This document shows positions 35,842 to 48,128 of a DNA stretch of 64,000 bases, piece after piece. The translations under genes and the position numbers were made by a program. Origin of the DNA: Tubiluchus corallicola. Taxonomy: Eukaryota > Animalia > Priapulida. Positions within the stretch are counted from its first letter, which is position 1. Each line of letters starts with the position of its first letter. Location of the stretch: the NCBI GenBank assembly GCA_030141605.1, contig JAQGDQ010000056.1, forward strand, positions 723,692 to 787,691. Direction: 5' to 3'. Under the pieces are notes generated by a model. It had not been told where the DNA came from and did not search any database. It was given only the letters and a program-made list of their open reading frames with translations.

Positions 35842-38800
35842 ATGGATAACTCTATCAGAGAATCAGATATTAAAGTTGAAAAAAGCAGAGAAAATGACAG
35901 TTCGTTTTGGTTAGAAGATCTTCAAAACAAAGGTGAGTCAGCTCATGTTATCCAACACAAATGCAAACTATATACCCATTACTGGCCTTAGCTGCAAACT
36001 ACTAAAAAAACTAAAATATGGCATGAATCTCACAAACGTCATTATCATAGAACAATTTGTAAATTCCCTGAAGGTATAATGAGAAAAAATTATATGAAGT
36101 CGAACGATCGGTTTGAAGGGAATCATGCCTGTTAACACAAAAGTGTCTACCCAGACGGCGTAGTGTAACGGTTACGCGTTTGATTTCCGTCTTGGAGGTC
36201 GTGAGTTCGCGGCCGGGTCATACTGAAGACTTTAAAAATAGAAATTGTTGTTGCTTTGGCGATTGGTATTTAGGGAAGAAGCGGGCTAAAGGCAATAAGC
36301 TCTTTGAGCATGTGTTAACAATAATTGTTATTATAATTATTATAATGTATAATATATCACAATAGTAATTATTAACCAATCATAATTACAAAAAAAGAAA
36401 AAAGCCACAATGATATCTGGTGTATGTCTGCAGCTACTTTTCATAACTTCATTTTTCGTCAGATTTGGGCAAAAATGATCATGTTATGAACGCAGATTGG
36501 ATGAGTTCTACTAGCTTGGATAGTACCAGTCAATTGATTTATAAAGTGGACGATAACCCGCCTATATATTTAGCCATCATTTTCGGACTTCAGGTACACT
36601 ATATTTTGTTAAACTTTTCAACCTAATTTTTAATTAGAAAAAATGTATAATTGCAAGAGTTTATGTCGACGGTAGTAGTAAATATTAGATGTTGTTCACT
36701 TTCTGCTTAACCTTTAAAATCCGAGTCATTTCGAAAATTAAGCGCAGTAAGTGTAAGGTCACTATGGTGCCTAATTTTTTAAATCAGGTGTTACAAATAA
36801 GAAATAACTATCTGGAATGTTGACGGTTTAACAGTGGTTAGTGTTAAAGCGTTTCGTGCAAGGTGGTTGTTTCATTGAAGAATATTCTAATAATTTCCGC
36901 AACCTATTAATTTTTATTGCAGCAACTATTCGTCTGCTTTGGCGGGATCTACACGTCTCCGGTAGCTACTGCTAATCTTATCTGTGCTGAGCATAATATT
37001 GCCTTGAAAGTAAAAATGTTTAGCAGTATGCTTATCGTAGTGGCAGTTGACTCAGTTCTTATGACAGCTTTGGGTATAAGGTGCAACATTTTTCACATAT
37101 AATAACAATTTTTATTGTCTTACTATGAATGTCTTGCACTAGATACAGCGATAGATTGATGGTAACATTTGACGCATGCGCCTAGCTATATAATACGTAT
37201 AACAAACTGTATGTCAAAATGGAGATTGTGAAAGTTTTTAATATATATGTATATACTACAGGCAATGTGTGAAATCGGGTGTTCTATAGAATGCCTAGGC
37301 ATTTCATAGAGTGTCAAAACAAACCAGGTAAAGTGTCTAAAATAATTCCTTCTACACTTTTTCTAGGTATAATATATAATGCAAACGCTTGTTTGGGCAC
37401 AGTGTGTAATTATTAGATTCTGTATACTTTTTCTAGGCATTGTTACATTAAGGTAATTTTACTTTAGGTAATGTGCGAATTTGAATTCGGTTGGTTGGTA
37501 GTTTGATGATAGATTGATGGATACAAAAGGTAGACGGACGGACGGAGAGAGAAACACAGATGCAAGCCTTATGGCCTGCTATATCGGTTATACTTTGAAA
37601 ATTGCTTTCATTAAAAGGTCTAATACTAAATTATTGCGAAAAATTTATTCGCCTTACATAAAATTTCTATTACTAATCTCTTCTTCCAGATAACACCAGT
37701 GGTATTATATTTAAATTGCGCTCAACATTCAAAATTGTGTTTAAGCTCTAAGCCTTGTGCAAAATTTCGAAAAAAAACTAAGAAGATTTTACGAAAACAG
37801 CCTTCATAAATCCGTATGCATGTACTGCTAACAATGTTCCTACGCACAAATAATAGTTCCTAAGAACTCTAATGAATCTGCCCTCCCTTTCCTAGATATT
37901 GAAAATACTCAATCTGATTGAGAACATGTCAGAATGGTGACGTTGCACCAACCACCAGCTTAGTTGGGTAACGGCGCATTCAGACTTGCGGCGTGTTTTC
38001 TCTCGCTGACGTTAATTAGCCAAGTAACTCGCCAGAATGTCCAGATTAGAAAGGAAAACTTGTGAATTATTCTTCTTTATTCGCTGCCAGAAGTATCAAG
38101 AGAAACGCGCACATAAGCGTTCACTCTAGACAGTAACTTGAAACAACTGTCGGACAGTTTGCAGTAACTTGCTGACAGTAACTCGCAAATCAGTTCAAAG
38201 TTCAGAGAAAAAATTCGCGACAGAAAACTCGCTTGTCTGAAGGAGTCGTTGTATGCATCCATACAATGCCTAGGTAATGTATAAAATATCTAGCAAAAGT
38301 TCCAATCTACAGAAATTATGTTCAGTTTACACATTGCCAAAGTCAATTTACGCATTTTATATAAATTCTCCTACATTATACAAAATATCTGGGCAAGGTA
38401 TGAAAGAGTTGCGGCAAAAGGGTTTATTTCACATTTTTCCCGAACAGCATAGGCATTATATCAAATGCTTAGGAATTTTATAAAATGTCTAAATTTTACA
38501 CATTGCCTGTAACGTACATAAATAAATTATCACTATCATTATATAATTACATGAAGATTTGTAAATTCAGATACAAAATGCAGTATCAAATTGACAATAT
38601 ATTGGAAATTAAAGAAATCCTTGTTGTGATAAACCATCTCTTTATTTTTACTTATGGATGTCTAACACTATTCATCAATTTCTAAAGCTGCTGATTGTTA
38701 AGAAGTCACTAAAACGATTTTCAAGTACTTACTCTTTACAGACTTCCCATAATTCAAGGAGCCGCTTCGTCGTTTATCCCTGTAACCACGTCATTGATGC

Positions 38801-41800
38801 AACTAAAAGAATGGCAATGTCCACAAAATTGTAGGTGCCAATATTGATATATACGTTATTTCGCAAGTTTTTATTCCTTTTTGTTGACAAGTTTTATAAT
38901 ATCAGGAATAATATTGCTTTAAATTTGTAATTTTCTTCATTAGACGTTTTGGCATCTGATTTTTAATTTTTAAAACAATTTATAATGAAATCACTTTTTA
39001 TTGATTTAAGAGATGTCTATATAATTATTACAAATATGTATTTGGTAAAGATGAAAAATGTGTGAAAAATTGGTGACTTAATTAAATTATGTTTTTCTGC
39101 TGTATTTGAATGCAAACTTTAACAGTTGTATTTCATAACATGTCCTAAAGTCAACGATTTTGACATACTGTGCCTTATGAAATAAACCAACAAATTTATA
39201 ACAATGTAGGCCAAACATGTCCGTTTACAGTGCGCACTTATCATGCAATATTCAGCATAAATATGTTTTATGCTTTAAGTTAGTTTGTTTTATTTAATCC
39301 AATAATCTTCCTGGTTTGAAAAAATGCCACTTAGTGCCAGAAAATACACGTTTATTTTTCAGTTTCCTTTTTGCCGTTCGAACAACAAGAGGAAGAAGCT
39401 TTGATAAGATTACGAGAGGTATTTGCAAAAGCATTCTAAAAAAATTGCACTATTCTTTGCATCTTCAACGAAGTAAGCTCCTTAAGTTTATCCCTTGAAG
39501 CTTTATTTCGCTTTGGTATAATGCTGCCAATATAACTGATTGTATATATTAAGCTCAAGTTGAAGTAAAATAAATTGCCCCAATTATTGCCAGCTATATT
39601 GCGCAATATACTGAATATTGTGCAATGGTGTTGAGAGTCTGTATACGCGTTATTGACGATTTAATAATTTTAATTATTCTTTTTGTGTGATATCGTGTGT
39701 GCGAAACAAAAGGTTATTGTTATTGTTCAATGTTATTGTTAATATTGTACATGCGCATGCTCCCTAAGATATTGTTTACCTATGAAGTATTATTCATTGG
39801 CAGAAATTTCTAGGCAGTAATTAGAAATGTGCATGTAAAAAGCAAAGCATTTTTCAACAGTTACAGTAAATATTCATAAAAGCGCTTAGGATGTTTCGAC
39901 TCGTGATATCTATAATTTAATCTTCAGCTAAATATGAGACAGGCGTTATAATACTATTTTCCAAAATATATTTTGTTAAAAGATCAGTGGAGCTTTAATG
40001 ACGGCCTCAGCAGTGCAGATTCTAATTGGAATGCTTGGACTGATTGGCTACGTACTGAAATTTATTGGACCGTTAACTCTAGCGCCATCAGTGGCCTTAA
40101 TAGGGATTAATTTATACCAAGTGATTAACGATATGTGCGAAAAGCAATGGGCGATAGCAATGTTGTAAGTATGCATTAAAAATCATGTTGGGTAATCGTA
40201 TTAGAAACTTCACCCCTTTTAGTTCTACGTGTAAATATTTTATTTACAGTTCAATACATTTGGTTTAAATTCAACACTTGGAGGTAAAGGTGGTAGCGGA
40301 GCGGTGGTAGTTGTTATTATCATTACTATTTTAATAATAAATAATTAGATTGTTAATCTAACCAAGATATTTCATATCAATAAATCTGCAAATTAATTAA
40401 TTCTTATTCTTTTACAGCACCGTATTTGTTGCTTTGATATCATCGTTGTGCATTGGAAACAAGCTTCAGCTCCCTCTTCCAGATTTAAACGCCAATCGTT
40501 CAAGCAGGAGAAAAGTGTTTCATATTCCAGTTTTTACGGTGTTCCCGGTGAGAAATATAAAATACTCATTAACATACTTTTCTAAACCTGGAGCGCCCTA
40601 GACTTATTTTTCGTTGAGTGCTACTTTAACTGCAAAAAAACACAAATCTATAAAGTGCTTCTGCTTCAAAATCAAGCGCCCAAATTTGCGCGAAATATAA
40701 AAACGAAATATTATTAAGGTATTATCAGAGTCAAGTCTTTGAGTGACCTGAAATAATTTTGATAGGTGATATACATTTTGACAAATAGTAGGCGGTAGAT
40801 GCAATTTAACATTAGACGTATGACGGATAGGATATTCCATTGACACAGAGAGTAGGCTAATGGTTATACTAATCGCTGACTCAACAGAAAGCATCTCAAA
40901 TTCACAGCTGAGTTGTTTTTTTAATATCTCAGATTATGTTTGGATTGACAGCAGGGTGGATTTTATGTGGAATTCTTACAGCAGCCAACGTGTTTCCCGA
41001 TGATCCCGCAGAAGATGCTTACTGGGCAAGAACTGATGCTAATGTTGAGTTTGTATCAGGTGCTCCTTGGTTTGCTGTTCCTTACCCAGGTAAAAGCATT
41101 CTAAAAGTGAAACTGATTCTGAGATATAGAGTTACTGCATGTAATAATCATTTCGCTCACATTTATACGGATCACAGACGAACTGTAGTATACGAGGTGC
41201 ATTCCAGAAGTTTTGAGAATTTTTTAGGAGAGGCATTCATTTATTTCAGGAAAAACAAAACTCAGGTCTCCTTCAAAATAGGATCCCCCGAATTGGATGC
41301 AGTCTTAAACAGCCCAAATGCAAACGGTTTTCCACTTGAGGTTCTTCTAGCATTAAGAATCAATTACGTTCTTCTTTCATAATTAATCGAAAAATATTTT
41401 CTTGTTTGTGGAGTTTAGGCAAAGCTTAGTGTTTTCGTATAATGACGAATATAAGTGGTCAAGTGGTATTGTCCCATAAAAATATTTAATTAACAATTTT
41501 CATTTGTAGAAGCAAATTTTCGTTTTATCGGTTAAAGGGTTTTCTAAAAGGGTTATGCAATATAACAAGGAACATCAGCTAAACTCAAAACTGAATGGGG
41601 AGGAGATCCAAACTTGGGTTATTTATACTAACCCAAATGTGTGGGAGTTGACAGATTTCGAGGGATAGCTGGTGACCTTGCGTAGGTAGTACAAGATCAA
41701 ATTAAGGTTAAATTACAACTGAGAAACTATGCATGCAGAGTTGAGCAGCCACAGTTAGATAATCTGCAGTATCATGTGGGAACAGATTTCAGAGGGAAAG

Positions 41801-44800
41801 TAGGGAAGCATGTGCCTTGGAGTCGGTGGTTCGGGTGAATCAAATAATGAACGAACACGAAACAGGTAGACAGAGAGCACAAAACTGCAAATATAAAACA
41901 TCGAAAAACAACTTAAATGAACTTATATATAGCATTAAGGTTAAGCTCTCCTATAGTCTTGGTTCACTTTCCATTTCGAAAAGATACAACAATTAATTAC
42001 ATTGTACAGGCCATTTTGCCCCACTCTTATATTAATTTATCAATATTGTAGTGAATATAAATGCTCTTAACAGTGATCAAACTTACAGGTCAATTTGGAC
42101 GCCCAACCCTAGGCGTGGCTTCATTTGCTGGTATGCTTGTGGCAGTCTTTGCTGGCATTGTCGAGTCAGTTGGTGATTACTATGTCCTTTCAAGCATCTG
42201 TGAGGTGCCTGTTCCACCTAGCCATGCTGTCAATAGAGCTGTGATGACTGAAGGAGTTGGCTGTTTCTTAGCTGGAGCCATGGGTGGTGGCGTTGGTTTG
42301 TCGTCATATAGCAATGCCATTGGTGCTGTCGCTCTGACTAAGGTAAAACAGCTGCTAATGATGAAATTAAATAGGTTGTTAACATCTGTGGTACTTTATC
42401 AGGAAAATTTTGATTGACACCGACGACACCTTTGTAATTATTTTTAAGATGGTGCAAGGATATTTGCCAGATTGTTCAGCTCCAGTGCTTTAGAAAAAAA
42501 ACTAGGTTAATTTGCTCGTCACTTGCCTGGCATTATTTAAATTAGAGTATAGGTAATAGTAGGAACAAAAACTTAATAGGTTTAGCATCGGACGAAACTA
42601 GATCAGACCAATAAAAGCACTTGTTTTGTCATGTGTCATCAATTAATTGTTTACGGAGGTTGACTATGACGCAATTTGCTTCGTGCAAAAGTTGCCGTGT
42701 GCGGGAAATTTTTGTCTGAGATGGTTTGCGTCAGACAGTTCTTTGAAGACAGATTTTTTACTGTTCTGCTGGAGATAGCTTTTTAGTTGAATACTGTGAT
42801 TATTTACTTTATCGCACACGCCACAGATAAACATTTTTTTCTGCAGGTAACTTGCCGAAGTCAAATTTACACGGCATCAATGATCATGATAATTTGTGGG
42901 TTGCTGCCTAAGGTTGCTGCAGCTATTAATACAATGCCCCTACCCGTAACAGGAGGAATTTTCTTCCTAGGCATGGCTATGGTCTCTGCTGTTGGTATTA
43001 GCAGCTTGCAGCATATTGATTTGAGCTCATCAAGAAATCTCACTATATTAGGATTAAGTATTCTAATTGGAATCATGATGCCAGAGTACGTTAAAGCTAA
43101 TCCTGACGCATTCAATACGGGTAAGTGAACATCATCAAGAAAATATACATATTACAGCATTATTTACATTTGCATCACAGGCGTGGTGATAGCTCAGCGT
43201 GGTCTTGGTCACGGGGTGTTTGAAGCACTTCGATTTTCGGTCTGGCGGTTCCACATGGCGGCGCATTGGTACAAAATGTGTATGCTACCATAACACTAAC
43301 ACGTGGTTAGTAACTACACGCGTGCTTTTTCTGGCAATTCGATTGGATAAAAACGCACTGTTGAACACACGCGTCGTTCGTGAAAAGATGTATTGTTTTC
43401 TCGTAATTCGATTGGGTGAAAAAAGGCATGTGTATTTCAGTTAACGACTCCGACTTCATTTTCCCGGCTCCTTTTGAGACCGTACATTCGAAAAATAATG
43501 TATGTTTTTTCTGTAGTTCACACGTTGTTTCGAAAGCCGTGGTTTATCACAAGAATCCAAGTATTTTTTAAATTTTTACCCAATATTGGGCGGTACAACT
43601 TGACATCAAGTGCAAAAAAAGGCTTTACCCAGTGGCTTTTACGTACTAGAATCCCTAGCACGATCTTACTGATATTTAAGTTGCTTTTCGTTGTAAGATT
43701 ATGCAAGTGTTTTGTAACGTAATCATCTATCTTTTCAAAATTTAAAGTGGCGTAACAACTGTCATAAAACTGCATGTCATATAGGCAAAACTCACTCTAC
43801 ATTATCATCTTAAGAACAAAGACAACATAAAAAGGAATTACTAGGAAACACTCAGGCTGACTAGATATCCAAATATAAGTGTCGTTCAGCGATTCCAGTT
43901 CACATGAAAAAGGTAAATAATTAATTTAGACAAGTGAACTTTTAACAATTTACACGGTGGAAAATGTGGAACTTTCTTTTTGAAACAAGTGTAAGAGACA
44001 CACTGGGAGGGGGCTATTGTAAGTAAGTAAGTAAGCAATTTATTGTCATTATAGCATAATACATACAATGAAATTTATGTGGTTTTACGTACTGCAATAA
44101 CTTATGGCAACAACAAGCAGATTAACACAAATAATTCAATCAGTTGTACAGTGACAAAGAGAATTAATAGTCGGGATTTACTGAAATTTACTGTTGATGG
44201 TGCGAATTGCAACGGGATAGAAAGAATTTAAAGTTCCTGTGGTATTAGCGTTAATTGAGCGGAATCTACGACCAGAGAGGAGCAATTCAAAATATTTATT
44301 ACCTGGATGGAAGTCATCTTTCATGATAACTTTCGCTCTCTTTGCGACCCTAGTTTCATATAAATATGCCATAGATTGCTGTTCAACTCCTATAATTTTG
44401 AGGCGGATTTAACAACTTGATGAAGAGCATTGCGATCTCCCTGCGTGGTAGCGCCATACCAAACAGCGAGGAATGTTGTTAAGACGCTTTCAATTACTTC
44501 ACGATAAAAACTCTCCGTCACGGCAGGGGCAGTCTTAAATGATTTGAGTTGTCTTAAAAAGTACAAACGCTGGCGGGCCTTTTTTACGCAACAGAGCACA
44601 TTTGCTTCCCTTTTAAGATCATCTGAAATTTTTATTCCCCAAACTTTGAAATCTTTAACAATTTCTACAGCTGTATTGCTTATAAGCAAAGGTGCTTTTC
44701 CACCAGTCTCTTTTCTAAAATTCACGATAATTTTTTTGTTTCTGAAACATTCAGTTCAAAATATATTCTGTTCGCACCATCGTGTTAAATTTTGAACTTC

Positions 44801-47547
44801 CTGAAAATAATTAGTCTCGCTTTACTGCAAATAAGGCCTGCCAGTGTGGTATTATCAGGGAATTTTACCATCATAGTATTTTGGGAAGATACTTCACAGT
44901 CATATGTAAACAACGTATATAGGATTGGAGACAGGACGCACCCTTGAGGAGCTCCTGTATTAACAACCTTAGAAGTTAAAAAAGTGGTAGTGTTTCCATT
45001 AATTATCTTGACGATCTGTGGTCGCCCTGTCAAAAAGTCAAGTACGAAATTACACAGCCAGTCAGGTATGTTAAGTTCCGTCGTTTTATAATACAATTTT
45101 AGTGGCAGAATAGTATTGAAAGCTAAACTGAAATCAACGAAAAGGATTCTGGCATAACAATAACGTTTATCAAGGTGTGTTAGTTCATTATGAACAACAA
45201 GAGCTACAGCATCATCTGTGGAACGATTAGCACGATATGCAAATCGAAATGGGTCCAAAAATGGTGAAACAGCAGATTTTAGGAAATGTAAGATCAAACG
45301 CTCTAGTGTTTTGCTTAACATTGATGTTAAAGCCGCAGGTCTGTAGTTATTAAGTGTAGTAACTGGGTTTCTCTTTGGCACAGGAATTACGATAGATTGC
45401 TTAAACTGTTTAGGGAATTTACAAATGCTTAAAGACCAATTATAAATATGAGTAAAATATAGGCAAGTTGATTTGAGCAGTATCGTACATGCCGCGGTGT
45501 TACACGATCTGGACCTGCCGATTTTTTAACTTTCAGTTAGGCAAACTGTCGTTGCACATTGTTTTCTTGTATAACAAGAGATGGAGTGTTATTGCAAGTG
45601 GACGTACTGAAATAATGTAATAATGATCCCGTTTGTTTGTCAAAACGACTATAAAAATTATTTAGTTTATCCGGTAAAGTTAAAGTGTGTTATTGTGTTA
45701 TTAGACACTGCTTCATTTTATGCCTTTTATGTTTTGATTAAAATCGGCCTATTAAGGCCAGTGTGAACCTAACTTAATAAATTTTAATTTTGTAGTCAAG
45801 GTGGCTCCATCTAGCTGGAAAGTTTAAAGTGTGAGCATTGACCTAGTTATGTTTTCATTATGCTGTTCTGTAGTATATGTGAACGACGTGTCTTGTGCAA
45901 GCTAGCGAAATTTATCATTAGATATATGCCGCAACGAAATAAGTTTATTTCTATTAATTTTTATTTTGATTTATTCATTGATATTTTTGAATGGACTAAA
46001 TAACTGTCAATCTAACTAAACTATGTAACTTTTCATAAAATTAGGCAATGTCAGTCACTTTTGCTTTTCTATTTTAATTTAAATATTGCAGAAATAAAGA
46101 TCAGTGGTTTACATGAAATTCAACTGAGACTTTGAAGATTTGTCATAAATGCCTCTGAGAGACACTAACACGGCCCATAAAAATTGCATCAGACCCTGAA
46201 ACAACACAGTTTGCTATAGGGCCAGCTTTGCGGCAACATCCATGGCGAAAAAAGGCGTTTTCGAAGACAGTAGCTTTTCAAAAGCTCTCGTCGTTTCTTC
46301 AAAAGCTCGTATCGGTTTTCTAAAGCCTTGTTTCTTTCTTAGGAAAATGAAGGTGGAGGCTCATTATCCAATTACGTTTCAAGAAAAACGACACACACAC
46401 CCTTAAAAAAGAGACGTTCCTTTTGTCCAATAAAATAGCGTGAAAAACTGTACTTCATTTCATAGACACGTTGTTACTTGGGCGGGAATAGGAAACCTGT
46501 GTTGAGTTCTAAAAGCACCCTTGTAGTTACTATGACACGCTTGAGTCGCTCGCGCAAATGACCCGCATTTGGCACTAATTCCCCGTCACAGTTTCATTCG
46601 ATGCGCATGTTGTGGGCTATTTTATCCCGCACAGGGAGACATGGCTGAAATACCGCTGCTGGTTCAGTGTCTCATCCTAGAGGCATAGCCTTGATAATCA
46701 GTCATGTTCTGTAGGATTTGGAATTGCATAAAACTATTGTGTAAGCGTGGAAACTGTCTAAAGCGGAAATTCCTTCCACTTCAAATGTCTAAACTATTTA
46801 TATGAGTTTATAAATTGATCAAATAGACTTGAATGGGCAAAAAGTACTTAAATGATTGGGTTTCTTCAGTCTTCAATCTTGATAAGACAACATGACCGTC
46901 TATGATTGGTTACAAACGCTAATCGGCGAAACCTGAAGTTTTCTGAACTTTCAGTTTATCAGCCGAGTCTCGAGGATGTGTTGGTGAGCTGCCCACTTCT
47001 ACTTTTTTACAAAAAAGATCTTTCCTAAAACATGCCACACATCTTTGGTAAATAATATTTTAAACAGGATGCTGTATATTTACTACAAATGTCACTTCAT
47101 TTAACTGTTTGGAATATTTGTGAAAGAAGAGATTCTTCTAGTAAGTATGACTCATTGATTTTCAGGTGTATCTGAGATTGACCAGATTGCATCGATGCTG
47201 CTTTCTATGGGATTTTTTGTTGGTGGATGTGTAGGCTTTGTCTTGGATAATGCAGTGCCAGGTAAGACATGATTTTACCCTGCATATTTGCTGTATTTTA
47301 CTGAATATGCGCCTGTCGGCTATTTAGTTAAGCAAGTATTTCATACTAGCTAACTCCTGAGCATTATCGTCGTCGTTGTCGTCATTATCACCACAAGTAC
47401 CACCACTACCACCACCATAATCATCATCATCACATCGTTTTCGTCGTCGTCAGCGTCATCATCATCATCGTCCATCGTCCATCGTCCTCCGTCGTCCTCC
47501 ATCGTCATCCATCGTCATCCATCGTCGTCCATCGTCGTCCATCGTCG

Positions 47548-47606
<59 letters not shown>

Positions 47607-48128
47607 TGTTCATATTCATTTTCATCATAGTCAAGCGCAACAACGATGGCAAAAGCTTCATCAGCAACAGAACAGCAAAAGAGATAAATAAGAAAACAAG
47701 CAACAAGAACAGCTACGATGACAACAATAATGCAAAATATATAATTAACAAAAAATAAATAAAGATATAAAAATAATATAATAAAGTGTGAAAATCCTCT
47801 GCTGGGTAAATGTACTGCGTGTGCCATAGGCAAAGGTTTGTCATATCATCCAATTGCATTTATCTGTTTTTATCTGTTTTTTACTATTACAGGCACGCCT
47901 AAAGAAAGGGGACTTATTTTTTTGTGCCAGCCAAATGAAACAACTAGGAAAGACAAAACAAGACTGTATGATTTGCCTTACGTCTCAGATTTTCTAGGAA
48001 AGTGTTTTATTTCAAAGTTCATACCATTTCTGCCTCATTACGAAAGGAAGAATGAAGAAAATGACATTGAGCTGAATGACAGTCGTGATGGTATTGTTAA
48101 ACAAGACAGCTGCCAAACACGCCTTTAG
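35842..48128 (+). CDS. SLC23A-like: SLC23/NAT transporter gene 2 (tandem paralogue), spliced, ~617 aa
   Basis: Coding exons: 35842-35932, 36463-36593, 36923-37080, 38742-38830, 39363-39418, 39983-40164, 40418-40547, 40933-41089, 42089-42342, 42847-43120, 47166-47261, 47893-48128 (sum 1854 nt). Core exon lengths (158, 89, 56, 182, 157, 254, 274, 96) are identical to gene 1, with the same family motifs. Confidence 0.94.
36150..36330 (+). mobile_element. tRNA-derived SINE with a Meta/MESC-like core
   Basis: A-box ggcgtagtgtaacgg and B-box gagttcg, followed by ccgggtcatactgaagactttaaaaatagaaattgttgttgc, which resembles from memory the MetaSINE/MESC central domain; (ATT)-rich tail. Confidence 0.6.
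37259..38509. mobile_element. Non-autonomous DNA transposon (TA TSD, Tc1/mariner-like) in gene 2 intron 3
   Basis: ta|caggcaatgtgtgaaat ... attttacacattgcctg|ta; ~200-bp degenerate subterminal inverted arrays of aatgcctaggcatt-like palindromes. Confidence 0.75.
41191..41310 (+). mobile_element. Mariner terminal fragment
   Basis: tacgaggtgcattccagaagttttgagaat resembles a typical mariner TIR start (TA|CGAGG...); no partner end found. Confidence 0.45.
44020..45700 (-). mobile_element. CR1/L2-group (Rex1/Babar-like) LINE, 5'-truncated and inactivated, in gene 2 intron 10
   Basis: RT ORF 45381-44785 (NYRPAALTS...FAYRANRSTDDA...FVDFSLAFNTI...GAPQGCVLSPILY; catalytic FADD mutated to FPDN). Frameshifted continuation 44725-44390 (KKARQRLYFLRQLK) and 44372-44178 (HPGNKYFELLLSGRRFRSI...SFYPVAIR); (TTAC)n tail at 44020-44035. 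Confidence 0.92.
47366..47605. repeat. Compound (TCG/TCA/CCA)n simple repeat, intronic
   Basis: Seen directly; includes ccatcgtcgt 10-mers. Confidence 0.95.

Noticed and set aside
35821-35845. Splice acceptors just before the ATG of all three complete genes, suggesting SL trans-splicing or operons
   Set aside because: Plausible upstream TATA boxes and cis donors exist for both SLC23 genes, and gene A has a proximal TATA box; there is no positive evidence for trans-splicing.
41506-41900. Possible solo LTR (TG...CA, minus strand)
   Set aside because: No matching TSD, PBS or PPT found.
24102-43115. Antisense ORFs overlapping SLC23 exons (24102-24284, 25886-26203, 26518-26742, 42867-43115)
   Set aside because: Expected shadow ORFs opposite hydrophobic coding exons; no independent signals.
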